Shown here: positions 55,588 to 64,000 of the stretch, one piece after another
Numbering within the stretch: the first letter of the stretch is position 1
Layout: every line of letters begins with the position of its first letter
Origin: a virus
IMG/VR virus record: IMGVR_UViG_3300021478_000001
Span: 1 to 64,000 of that record
Length of the DNA: 64,000 bases
Reading direction: 5' to 3' (one strand)
Made by a program: the position numbers and the translations under genes
The notes under the pieces: model-generated
Databases searched by the model: none
What the model saw: the letters and a program-made list of their open reading frames with translations, nothing else
Told to the model about the DNA's origin: nothing

Positions 55588-57204
55588 ATGCTTTACAATC
55601 CTCCATACGGCGTTTCTAATCCTGATGCACCATACGTTAATGGTGACCCGTCTATTGCACAGCAAGGTTCTATCTTACCAGCAGAAGCTGCGGAATTTCC
55701 GCAACGTGAAATAGTCAGTGTAATTGCAAACAGCAATTACATTCCTACCAATAATGATCTTCAACAACTTACCAGGGCGGTTCGTAGTCAGTTTTTAAAT
55801 TTCTGTGTTGACAATGGCGCTGCTAATGCTTTGTCAGTGGCGTTGACGCCGCCTCTTACTCAATATCGTCAAGGTTTTCCATTGCGGGTTTTGGTGGCGA
55901 ATGACAATACTGGACCTGCTACTATCAACGTTAATTCACTAGGTAATCGCCAGATCAAACGTGCAAGTGGTGGACAGCTACAGCCTGGAGATATGAAGGC
56001 TGGCATGATTGCTTCATTGGTTGATGATGGAACGGCATATCAACTACAAAATTATCTTGGGGCTACAGGCGGCGGTATCAACAACACCTATATAACCAAG
56101 ATTCCTTATGCTGAAGATACCAGCATTGTTCCAAATCAAGTCATTGCATCTTTTACTCCAGCGATTACGACAGTTAATCCTGGAGACGTAGTTATTGTCA
56201 AAGTTAAGAACTTGAATACAGGCGCTATGACTTTAGCTATTAACGCGCTGGCACCAGTGCCAATCAATCGTAATGATGGCCAGCCTCTTCAGGCCGGAGA
56301 CATTGGTGCTTTAGAAGGTGTTATGATGGAATTTAATACGACCTATTGGCAGATGCTGCGATTAGTCAAGAGCCAGACATTTTTCAAGCTAACAACCAAC
56401 TTGATTGTATATGTGAGACCAGATGGTAATGATGCTAATAGTGGCGTGAGCAATGATCCAGCACATGCACTTCAAACTATTGATGCAGCAGTAACCAACA
56501 TCCAAGCCAACTTCTTACTTGGTGGTCGCACAGCTACTATTCAATTAGGCATTCCTGGAACATATAACAGACCAGGAGCACCGAGTCCACCAACTACGGA
56601 TCGTGGAATAAAAATTATGAGTTTGGCTGGAGCGATAAGCATTGTTGGAGATAAGACCAATAAGGCAAACTATATTGTCAAGGGACCGAAAAAAGGTCCT
56701 GTGATAAGTGTCAGTGGTAGTGGCGTCGATGTTACCATGCAAGGATGGACGGCCAACATTGTTGACACAACCAACAACATGATTGTTGTGTCCAACAATG
56801 CTTCTATACATCTAATGGATATGTCTGGTACTGGACCGACCTGTTTCGGTTCATTTGTTGCAGCATTTGAAGGTGGTGATTGCACCATGGCCAACACTAT
56901 AGACCTCTTCAATTCTAGTGGAGGTCTGTTCGGTGCAGGTGGTGGCTCGAAGTTGACTATTGGTATTTGGAAAACGTTGATTACCGTCCATGGAATTACC
57001 GTCAATGCTTTTGTCAACGTTACAGGTAGTTCAAGTGCTTACATCGCTGCTGGTTATTGCTCGTTTTCTGGTGCTGCTTATGGTTATCGTTATCTTGCAT
57101 CAAGCGGTGGTCAGATTCAAGTCAATGGTGGTGGTCCTTACTATCTGCCGGGGAGTATAGATGGTAAAACTGATTATCCATTGTCTGGTAGTTCTTATCA
57201 ATAA
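55588..57204 (+). CDS. tail fibre/spike protein
   Basis: N-terminal PAEAAEFPQREI..DLQQLTRAV, two NTG..T..(V/I)N.L repeats, YVRPDGNDANSG beta-helix-like C-terminus. Confidence 0.85.
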   Translation: MLYNPPYGVSNPDAPYVNGDPSIAQQGSILPAEAAEFPQREIVSVIANSNYIPTNNDLQQLTRAVRSQFLNFCVDNGAANALSVALTPPLTQYRQGFPLRVLVANDNTGPATINVNSLGNRQIKRASGGQLQPGDMKAGMIASLVDDGTAYQLQNYLGATGGGINNTYITKIPYAEDTSIVPNQVIASFTPAITTVNPGDVVIVKVKNLNTGAMTLAINALAPVPINRNDGQPLQAGDIGALEGVMMEFNTTYWQMLRLVKSQTFFKLTTNLIVYVRPDGNDANSGVSNDPAHALQTIDAAVTNIQANFLLGGRTATIQLGIPGTYNRPGAPSPPTTDRGIKIMSLAGAISIVGDKTNKANYIVKGPKKGPVISVSGSGVDVTMQGWTANIVDTTNNMIVVSNNASIHLMDMSGTGPTCFGSFVAAFEGGDCTMANTIDLFNSSGGLFGAGGGSKLTIGIWKTLITVHGITVNAFVNVTGSSSAYIAAGYCSFSGAAYGYRYLASSGGQIQVNGGGPYYLPGSIDGKTDYPLSGSSYQ

Positions 57205-57216
57205 AGAGAATTGAAT

Positions 57217-57606
57217 ATGAGCTCACTCCTAGCAATGCCGTTGGTGGCGCTGACTATTGAAGTTGGCAATAATGAAGACTGGATTGATAGCATAGTCTAT
57301 TGTGTGCCACCACCGACAGATCCTACAGCACCGCAACTAGATTTGCGTGGCATTGATTTTGAAATGGAACTGCGTAAGCATGCAGAGGACCATGAAGTTT
57401 CCTTGAGTGCTTCAACAAAAGCTGGAACAATTCAAATAGGATTGCCACCAAACTTTGGTTATCTAATATTCTATGTGCCATACAAAGACACCATGCAATA
57501 TATGGCTCCTGGAGATTACGTTGGTGACATTGTAGGAAACGATGGTCAGTATCAACGACGCGTTGCCAATATCTTTCTTACAATTGATGAAGGCATTACT
57601 CGGTGA
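57217..57606 (+). CDS. putative fibre adaptor (BppU N-terminal-like)
   Basis: [30 protein letters not shown]; precedes the fibre genes. Confidence 0.55.
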   Translation: MSSLLAMPLVALTIEVGNNEDWIDSIVYCVPPPTDPTAPQLDLRGIDFEMELRKHAEDHEVSLSASTKAGTIQIGLPPNFGYLIFYVPYKDTMQYMAPGDYVGDIVGNDGQYQRRVANIFLTIDEGITR

Positions 57607-59111
57607 CTATTAAAGACATAAGCATTGGCACCAACGCGCCGCTTGCTGCCGTCTTCGTCGCACCATATGCGCCGCCTGGACCTGTGATGGCCGGGACAAG
57701 TTCAAGCATGGTCCAAATTCAATATGGACCGGCAGCTTTTGTGATGGAAGAGTTTGGTCTTGGCTTTGTTGGTGGTGCGCGTGTCCGCGCGAGTGCTGGA
57801 TATCAAATCTATATTGAAGGTGTTGTCATAAGTTATGACGAACCTAATCTAGTTATAGATGTTGATTTTTTGATGGGCTTTGGTTTTCACAATCAGTGGA
57901 ATATAAATGTTGCTGGTCAGCCTGGAGCAACAGGTCCACAAGGATTAGTTGGTTCGACTGGCATTGCTGGCATAGCATTAGGCGTGACTGGCCCACGAGG
58001 AGCAACTGGTCCAACAGGCCCGATTGGCGTAACGGGTCCAACCGGTCCACGAGGACCAACAGGCCCATCGCTAATTGGTGCTACAGGTCCAACGGGTATT
58101 GTTGGTCCTTCTGGACCATCTGGTCCTCCAGGAGCTTCAGGTGGTGCAACAGGTCCGACTGGTCCTGTAGGTTATGGTGGTCCAACAGGACCCTCTGGTC
58201 CTTTGGGAACAACAGGCATTGTTGGACCATCAGGATCAATAGGATTGAAAGGTCCAACTGGTCCAATAGGCCCGACTGGTCCTAATGGTGCATCTGGCTT
58301 GATTGGTTCTACTGGCACGACTGGCGTTACAGGAAAAATAGGAGGTGCGACAGGACCAATAGGTCCTCGTGGTGCTACCGGACCGATTGGTCCTCAAGGT
58401 CCAATGGGGACACCTGGTGCAAGTGGCACGTCAGGAATAAATGGTCTTGGATTTACCGCGTGGTGGGGTGGCACGATTACGCCAACACAGACGGCAAACC
58501 CGAGTAGCCTTGATGCCACTGCTGATACGATTACTTGGGCTAGTCCACATGGAATTACGACCGGTCAATTTGGGTACATCAACGGTACGGCTCCTACAGG
58601 ACTCAACGGCGGCAGAGGTTATTATCTTCGAGCTCTATCGACGACCATGCTGGCATTGTATCCAACATTGAACGACGCCAAGAACGACACTAATCGTATC
58701 AACTTTACTGGCACCGGCAAGGCTTGGAACCTTCGAGTGTGGGTGTATTCCAATGTTATTAGTAGTGGATTTGATACTACTTGTCCGATAGGAGGTGATA
58801 CCTCAGACAACACTCTCCGACCGGAGCTGAACTTGAGTCAGCCGCTGGTGTCTCTTCATGCCATTGTTATTATTTCAAGAGTCAATATAGTTGGTGTTTC
58901 TAATTTCACCAGCGGTTTTAAAAGTTATTGGGTTCCTGGAAATGCTCCGACAATCGTTAGCACTACATTGATTCGTTTTGATAATGATGTGTGGGTTGCT
59001 AATCCAAGCAATGCTTGTGATGTCAATAATGGTGGTCCAAGTCAGATTGTTGGTAGTCATGCTCAACAAGGGACTAGCGATATGTACTTTGAATTTGCTG
59101 TGATCGGATGA
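57603..59111 (+). CDS. collagen-like tail fibre A
   Basis: Thr-rich G-X-Y core; N- and C-terminal domains paralogous to 59119..60627. Confidence 0.85.
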   Translation: MTIKDISIGTNAPLAAVFVAPYAPPGPVMAGTSSSMVQIQYGPAAFVMEEFGLGFVGGARVRASAGYQIYIEGVVISYDEPNLVIDVDFLMGFGFHNQWNINVAGQPGATGPQGLVGSTGIAGIALGVTGPRGATGPTGPIGVTGPTGPRGPTGPSLIGATGPTGIVGPSGPSGPPGASGGATGPTGPVGYGGPTGPSGPLGTTGIVGPSGSIGLKGPTGPIGPTGPNGASGLIGSTGTTGVTGKIGGATGPIGPRGATGPIGPQGPMGTPGASGTSGINGLGFTAWWGGTITPTQTANPSSLDATADTITWASPHGITTGQFGYINGTAPTGLNGGRGYYLRALSTTMLALYPTLNDAKNDTNRINFTGTGKAWNLRVWVYSNVISSGFDTTCPIGGDTSDNTLRPELNLSQPLVSLHAIVIISRVNIVGVSNFTSGFKSYWVPGNAPTIVSTTLIRFDNDVWVANPSNACDVNNGGPSQIVGSHAQQGTSDMYFEFAVIG

Positions 59112-59118
59112 GGCAGAT

Positions 59119-60627
59119 ATGACAGTTAAGGATATAAGTGTAATTACAACTGCACCTCTGGCGGTAGTTTACACTGCGCCTTTTGCGCCGCCTGGACCTG
59201 TGATCGCTGGGACCAGCAATAGCACTGTCTCCATTCAGATGGGGCCAGCTTCGTTTGTGATGAATGAATTTCATCTAGGCTTCCTTGATGGTGCTAGGTT
59301 AAGAGCGACTGCTGGAAGCAATTTGTTTGTTGAAGGTATTGTCACCAGCTATGACGAGCCTGATCTAGTTATCAATGTTGATTTTTTAATGGGAGTAGGA
59401 TCATTTCCAGCATGGAATATCAATGTTGTAGGTTATCCTGGACAGACAGGCTCGGCGGGACCACAAGGTCCGCAGGGTGTTCCTGGCACTCCTGGCGGTG
59501 CGACTGGACCTACAGGTCCAACTGGACCGGCCGGTCCACAAGGTCTTAATGGTGCAATCGGACCTATTGGTCCATCTGGCCCTACTGGTCTTGTTGGTGC
59601 GACTGGTCCACAAGGTGTAGATGGTTCTCCTGGTGGTCCTGGTCCTCCTGGCACTCCTGGCGGAGCTCAAGGAGTTGCTGGTCCAACTGGTCCTGCCGGT
59701 GCTATTGGCGCGACTGGTCCGCAAGGTTCACAAGGCCCAAGTGGTCCTACTGGACCGAGTGGTCCTATTGGTACAACAGGACCGTTCGGTCTTCAAGGAC
59801 CAACAGGAATGACTGGTCCACAAGGTATTCAAGGAGTGACTGGACCATCAGGTCCAGCTACAGGAGCAACTGGACCAACTGGACCTGTGGGAACAACAGG
59901 TCCGCAAGGACCGCAAGGCGCAGCGGGTACTCCTGGCACCAGTGGTATACCAGGAACGAACGGTCAGGGATTCAAGGCGTATTGGGCCGGAACGATCACG
60001 CCGACTGACGGTGTCAATCCAAGCAGCGTTGATAAAGTCAATTACGTTGCTACATGGGCAAGTCCGCATGGTTATGTCACTGGTCAGTTTGGTGTAATCA
60101 TTGGCACGCCTCCAAGTGGCTTATCTGTTAATACGGGATTATACGTTAGAGCACTGAGCCCGACTACGCTTGCATTCTACAACGTGCAGAGTGATGCCTA
60201 TGCTGATACTAATCGTGTGGCAATCACTGGTACGGCAGTAACTTGGCATATACGTCAGTGGGTTCTTACTCCAGCTCTCAGTGTTGGTTTCGACCCTGTT
60301 CAGGCAATTGGTGCTCAACAAGGTACCGGCAAGATTTATCCTGAACTGAATTTGACAAATCCGCTGACAACACTCAACGCTATCACTATCATAGGTCGTG
60401 TCAACGGTCTTGCTGCCAATGATGGCTCCAAGCAATCATATTGGATTCCTGGAAATGCTCCGACAATCGTCACGACCACCTTAATCCGTTTTGACAACAA
60501 CAATTGGGTCGTTAGTCCCAGCTTGTATGTGCCATCTCAAACTGGTGGCTATCCATCTCAAGGTATTGGTACTCATAATCTTCAAGGCAATACCCCAATT
60601 TGGATGGAGTTCACAGTCCTAGGTTAA
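59119..60627 (+). CDS. collagen-like tail fibre B
   Basis: Same architecture and length (502 aa) as fibre A; shared SYW(V/I)PGNAPTIV. Confidence 0.85.
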   Translation: MTVKDISVITTAPLAVVYTAPFAPPGPVIAGTSNSTVSIQMGPASFVMNEFHLGFLDGARLRATAGSNLFVEGIVTSYDEPDLVINVDFLMGVGSFPAWNINVVGYPGQTGSAGPQGPQGVPGTPGGATGPTGPTGPAGPQGLNGAIGPIGPSGPTGLVGATGPQGVDGSPGGPGPPGTPGGAQGVAGPTGPAGAIGATGPQGSQGPSGPTGPSGPIGTTGPFGLQGPTGMTGPQGIQGVTGPSGPATGATGPTGPVGTTGPQGPQGAAGTPGTSGIPGTNGQGFKAYWAGTITPTDGVNPSSVDKVNYVATWASPHGYVTGQFGVIIGTPPSGLSVNTGLYVRALSPTTLAFYNVQSDAYADTNRVAITGTAVTWHIRQWVLTPALSVGFDPVQAIGAQQGTGKIYPELNLTNPLTTLNAITIIGRVNGLAANDGSKQSYWIPGNAPTIVTTTLIRFDNNNWVVSPSLYVPSQTGGYPSQGIGTHNLQGNTPIWMEFTVLG

Positions 60628-60640
60628 ACAGGAGAAAACA

Positions 60641-60874
60641 ATGAGCGCGAATCCTTCGGCAACACTTACAAAATCAGTGACACCGTTTGCCACTGCTGGA
60701 TCAATACCAGTGACAGATATCAATGCAGCCTATGCTGATTTCATAGCGATCGTACCAGAAGCTCAGACCATGCATGACAATGATGTCACTGATATGGTTG
60801 AGTCGTTGCAACTGCACCGGAACCATATCCAGACTTGGCAAACACAGATTCTAAACAATACGACAACGTCATGA
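60641..60874 (+). CDS. hypothetical protein
   Basis: AGGAG RBS. Confidence 0.6.
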   Translation: MSANPSATLTKSVTPFATAGSIPVTDINAAYADFIAIVPEAQTMHDNDVTDMVESLQLHRNHIQTWQTQILNNTTTS

Positions 60875-61080
60875 GCAACGGCACAGTAGGCGGCACTGAT
60901 TGGTTGAACAGTCAACGTGATGCTGTTTATGTGCCTAATCGAGAACTGACTGTGCAGCGGCGTCTGCAGATAACTTACCGAATCATGCCAGTATATCTAT
61001 CACTGACGCCGCCAGGAGCACCACCTTCACCATTCCAATCGCCATTCCAACCTCCATTTTTGATAGGAACTGATCAATGA
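60871..61080 (+). CDS. hypothetical Pro-rich protein
   Basis: ATGA coupling at both ends. Confidence 0.5.
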   Translation: MSNGTVGGTDWLNSQRDAVYVPNRELTVQRRLQITYRIMPVYLSLTPPGAPPSPFQSPFQPPFLIGTDQ

Positions 61081-62267
61081 GGTTTCACGCGCTTGGCATT
61101 CCGCACACTGCAACTAACAAGTGGCACGCCAGTTGTGCTTACACGCAGAAGGTAAGGCGACTATGTGCTATGCTCAAATCACTTGGTCATACTGTCTATC
61201 ACTATGGCAACGAAGAAAGTGAAGTTGAATGTGATGAACATATATCTGTGACAACGCGTGAAGATCTGATCAAGCAGTATGGTGATGGAGTTGGCAGAAC
61301 ACAAGAATACAAGTTTGACATCAAGGATCCGGTCTACATTAAATTTTACATCAACACCATCAATGCTATTAATGAACGCAAGCAAGCAAATGATTTCTTG
61401 CTGTGCTTCTGGGGTGTTGGTCATAAAGCTATTGCCGAACTTATGACCGATATGATTGTCGTAGAACCGGGTATCGGCTATGGTGGCACATTTGCCCGCT
61501 GGAAAATCTTTGAATCCTATGCCATGTTGCACGCCTGGAGCGGGATAGAAGTGGTAAACGTAGCTGGCAAGGTTGACTGGTACAATGTAGTGATCCCAAA
61601 CTATTTTGATCCTGCGGATTTTACCTTTAGCAGTGATAAGAAAAATTATCTGTTGTTCCTTGGTCGTATGGGAGAAGCTAAAGGATTAGATATTGCTGCT
61701 GAAGCTGCCAAGGCAACCAACACTAGATTGATTGCAGCCGGAGCAGCATCTGGTGAATATAAAGATGTTGAGTTTGTAGGTTTCGCAGACTGGGAAACTC
61801 GTCGTGGATTATTGGCTGGTGCCAAGGCGCTGATAGCACCGAGTCGTTTCATAGAGCCATTCTGTGGTGTGCTGATAGAGGCTGCTCTTTCTGGGACACC
61901 AGTGATAACTATTGATTGGGGCGCGGCCACTGAAACAGTATTGCACGGGATAACCGGATATCGCTGCAGAACCTTTGACCATTTCACATGGGCGGTCAAT
62001 AACATTCATCACATCAAGCCACAAGCTTGCTTGGATTGGGCGCAAGCCAATTATTCCATGGACCGTGTGCGTTTTATGTATGAAGAATATTTCAACACGG
62101 TGATGGACGTGTATGTTGGCAAAGGATGGTATCAACGGCATCCCAACCGAACAGAACTAGATTGGTTAAGCAAAGAGTTCCCCAATGACAAACTGTCGTT
62201 TTTGCGGCCAAGTCAGAAAGACCATCGGCCGCGTCTATTCCAAAATCATAAAGCCGAGGCGATCTAA
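61077..62267 (+). CDS. GT4-family glycosyltransferase
   Basis: VIPNYFD, LLFLGRMGEAKGLD, VEFVG, EPFCGVLIEAALSGTPVI (E-x7-E), ETVLHGITGY. Confidence 0.92.
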   Translation: MRFHALGIPHTATNKWHASCAYTQKVRRLCAMLKSLGHTVYHYGNEESEVECDEHISVTTREDLIKQYGDGVGRTQEYKFDIKDPVYIKFYINTINAINERKQANDFLLCFWGVGHKAIAELMTDMIVVEPGIGYGGTFARWKIFESYAMLHAWSGIEVVNVAGKVDWYNVVIPNYFDPADFTFSSDKKNYLLFLGRMGEAKGLDIAAEAAKATNTRLIAAGAASGEYKDVEFVGFADWETRRGLLAGAKALIAPSRFIEPFCGVLIEAALSGTPVITIDWGAATETVLHGITGYRCRTFDHFTWAVNNIHHIKPQACLDWAQANYSMDRVRFMYEEYFNTVMDVYVGKGWYQRHPNRTELDWLSKEFPNDKLSFLRPSQKDHRPRLFQNHKAEAI

Positions 62268-62587
62268 TGAAAAATTCAGCAAACAGAATAGAGAAAAAAC
62301 TATTCGTGATATTCTGCGTGCTGCTAGGCGTCACGGTTAGTGCTAACGCTAAAGATTACAAGCTGAAAGATTTCAGCATTAAGGATGTGGAAACACGGTG
62401 CCAGAAAGTGCATGGTGAATTTATTGCGCATGATGACGGCTCATATGGCTGTACTTATTCCAAGGGCACTGTATCGTGCAACGCGGAACAGCATTGCATC
62501 GGGCATTTGAAGGAACATCATAAAGCCTACAAGATTCGGCCTAAGCCACACTACTATCCTCACTATAACCATTGGTATCAGTGGTAG
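62267..62587 (+). CDS. secreted Cys-rich protein
   Basis: Signal-peptide-like N-terminus (SANA cleavage), four Cys in the mature part. Confidence 0.6.
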   Translation: MKNSANRIEKKLFVIFCVLLGVTVSANAKDYKLKDFSIKDVETRCQKVHGEFIAHDDGSYGCTYSKGTVSCNAEQHCIGHLKEHHKAYKIRPKPHYYPHYNHWYQW

Positions 62588-62603
62588 AAACAGGAGCGCT
62601 CAA

Positions 62604-63296
62604 ATGACAACTTATGATCGCGTTGTTATATCTTCTGGTCACGGCAAATATGTGCGTGGTGCCGCTGGCGTGCTTGATGAAGTTGATGAAGCACGTCGTG
62701 TAGTTGAGGCAGTTGCTGAGGAACTGCGCAAACGAGGTGTGGATGTTGATACTTTCCATGATGACACTTCGCATTCACAGAATGAAAATCTTAATACCAT
62801 TGTCAATCATCACAATAATCAGACAAGAGATCTTGATGTATCAGTTCACTTCAATGCCTATGTGGAAACGACCAAGCCTATGGGTACCGAGGTGCTGTAC
62901 GTTACCCAGAATACACTTGCTGATCAAATGTCTAGGGCTATTGCTTCTGTCGGCTTTATCAACCGCGGTCCCAAGAAACGTACAGACTTGTTTTTTCTAA
63001 ACAACACGGAAGAGCCGGCGATCCTGCTGGAAGTCTGTTTCGTGGACAGTACCGTGGATGCCAACATCTATGACGGTGAGTTCGATGCCATCTGCAACGC
63101 CATTGCTAATGTGCTTGGTGGTGCGGAAGAGGCTCCGGCACCTGAACCACCTCCTGGGGAAAAGCCGCCAACTGTGCAGCCACCAACAGAAGTCAGCAAA
63201 GTCAACATTCAAATTGCTGTCACTGGCAATGTGGAAGTAACTGTGAACGGTGAACAGATTGAAATTGTTGGCCATGGAAGAGGTCCAACTACATGA
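62604..63296 (+). CDS. endolysin, N-acetylmuramoyl-L-alanine amidase (Amidase_3)
   Basis: ISSGHG, E, VSVHFNA, GTEV, NRGPK, PAILLEVCFVDS. Confidence 0.93.
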   Translation: MTTYDRVVISSGHGKYVRGAAGVLDEVDEARRVVEAVAEELRKRGVDVDTFHDDTSHSQNENLNTIVNHHNNQTRDLDVSVHFNAYVETTKPMGTEVLYVTQNTLADQMSRAIASVGFINRGPKKRTDLFFLNNTEEPAILLEVCFVDSTVDANIYDGEFDAICNAIANVLGGAEEAPAPEPPPGEKPPTVQPPTEVSKVNIQIAVTGNVEVTVNGEQIEIVGHGRGPTT

Positions 63297-63496
63297 GCTG
63301 GACCAATCTAGATTCAGCTCATCGGCATTCCGCGCACGCTCTTGAAGATTTCAAAAAGCTGCGCGATATGGTACGTGATAGGCGTGCTGCTAGTTTGCTG
63401 CACAGCCTATCGCACCATCTGCGCCATGCTGTCTATCGTGTTGGTGAAGAGCTGCCGCCGCACCATTGGCGTGAAATCCCTGAGAGGGACCAATGA
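63293..63496 (+). CDS. hypothetical protein
   Basis: ATGA coupling to both neighbours. Confidence 0.5.
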   Translation: MSWTNLDSAHRHSAHALEDFKKLRDMVRDRRAASLLHSLSHHLRHAVYRVGEELPPHHWREIPERDQ

Positions 63497-64000
63497 CAAA
63501 ATTAGCAATCTTAATCTGTTTGTTGTCAACAACAGCATATGCACAGAACACTCGCGTCTGGGGATTATATGGCTATGGTGATAACTGGCACGGAACGTCG
63601 AGAGGCATTGATGAAATTGCGGATGAAGCACGTACAATCCCAGGAGTCGAGTTCGTTCATGTGTTTAACTATTGGCAGACGCAGGACGTTGCGAATGAGA
63701 TTCTGGCTTCGCCTCCGGATATTAAGATCGCAATCTATGGCTATTCTTGCGGTGCTAACGCGATGACCACTATTGCCAAGGGATTGGATGGACAGCGCAA
63801 CATAGATACCCTCGCCGGTATCCAACAAAGCTTATGGTGCGGCGGCGATTATCTGGGCGGAAACGTGATCTATGGACAAATGACCTATGGAGGCTGTGGT
63901 CAAACTCTTGGTCTTGGTTGCAAAAAGTTGATGGCCAATCAAAGTTTCAATGGTACCATACTAAACATTCGTCGTCCTGATCTGCACAGCCAAGCAGATA
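63493..64000 (+). CDS. secreted alpha/beta-hydrolase-like protein (partial, runs off the window)
   Basis: MTKLAILICLLSTTAYAQ signal peptide; IAIYGYSCGANA (GxSxG); no stop before the window end; absent from ORF track. Confidence 0.65.
   Translation, partial: MTKLAILICLLSTTAYAQNTRVWGLYGYGDNWHGTSRGIDEIADEARTIPGVEFVHVFNYWQTQDVANEILASPPDIKIAIYGYSCGANAMTTIAKGLDGQRNIDTLAGIQQSLWCGGDYLGGNVIYGQMTYGGCGQTLGLGCKKLMANQSFNGTILNIRRPDLHSQAD

Noticed and set aside
57603-60627. Paralogous fibres as diversity-generating retroelement or invertible cassette
   Set aside because: No reverse transcriptase or invertase in the window, same orientation, and differences are not adenine-specific
1-64000. tRNA, rRNA, integrase, CI-type repressor or transposase
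   Set aside because: None recognisable by eye; lifestyle cannot be settled from this window

Overview
The window is most of a tailed dsDNA phage genome. An alphaproteobacterial host is a weak inference only. The left arm (1-18.2 kb, minus strand) carries DNA polymerase A, an SSB-like protein, a SNF2 helicase and a thymidine-modification cluster. That cluster contains a dUMP-type thymidylate-synthase homologue, a P-loop kinase, an aGPT-PPlase1/5hmdU-kinase helical protein, a radical SAM/SPASM enzyme, a T4 beta-glucosyltransferase-like protein, an HD hydrolase and an all-alpha NTP-PPase-like protein. The centre holds a primase-helicase, iteron-like repeats, a NusG paralogue, an HNH gene, a putative cos region and a leftward accessory island. 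The right arm (plus strand) has an HK97-like head module, a Mu-like contractile tail, four collagen-like proteins, a GT4 glycosyltransferase and an amidase endolysin. The head module has a fused protease-capsid, the portal placed after the capsid, and a second capsid paralogue. The tail module has two tape-measure paralogues. The best candidate for an undescribed system is a 5hmU-based DNA hypermodification pathway that uses a BGT-like glucosyltransferase and rSAM enzyme, with no recognisable amino-acid transferase or PLP enzyme. Also notable is a 16-aa motif shared by the SSB-like protein and the primase, whose DNA differences are almost all synonymous. All family calls are by-eye motif recognition; no searches were run.
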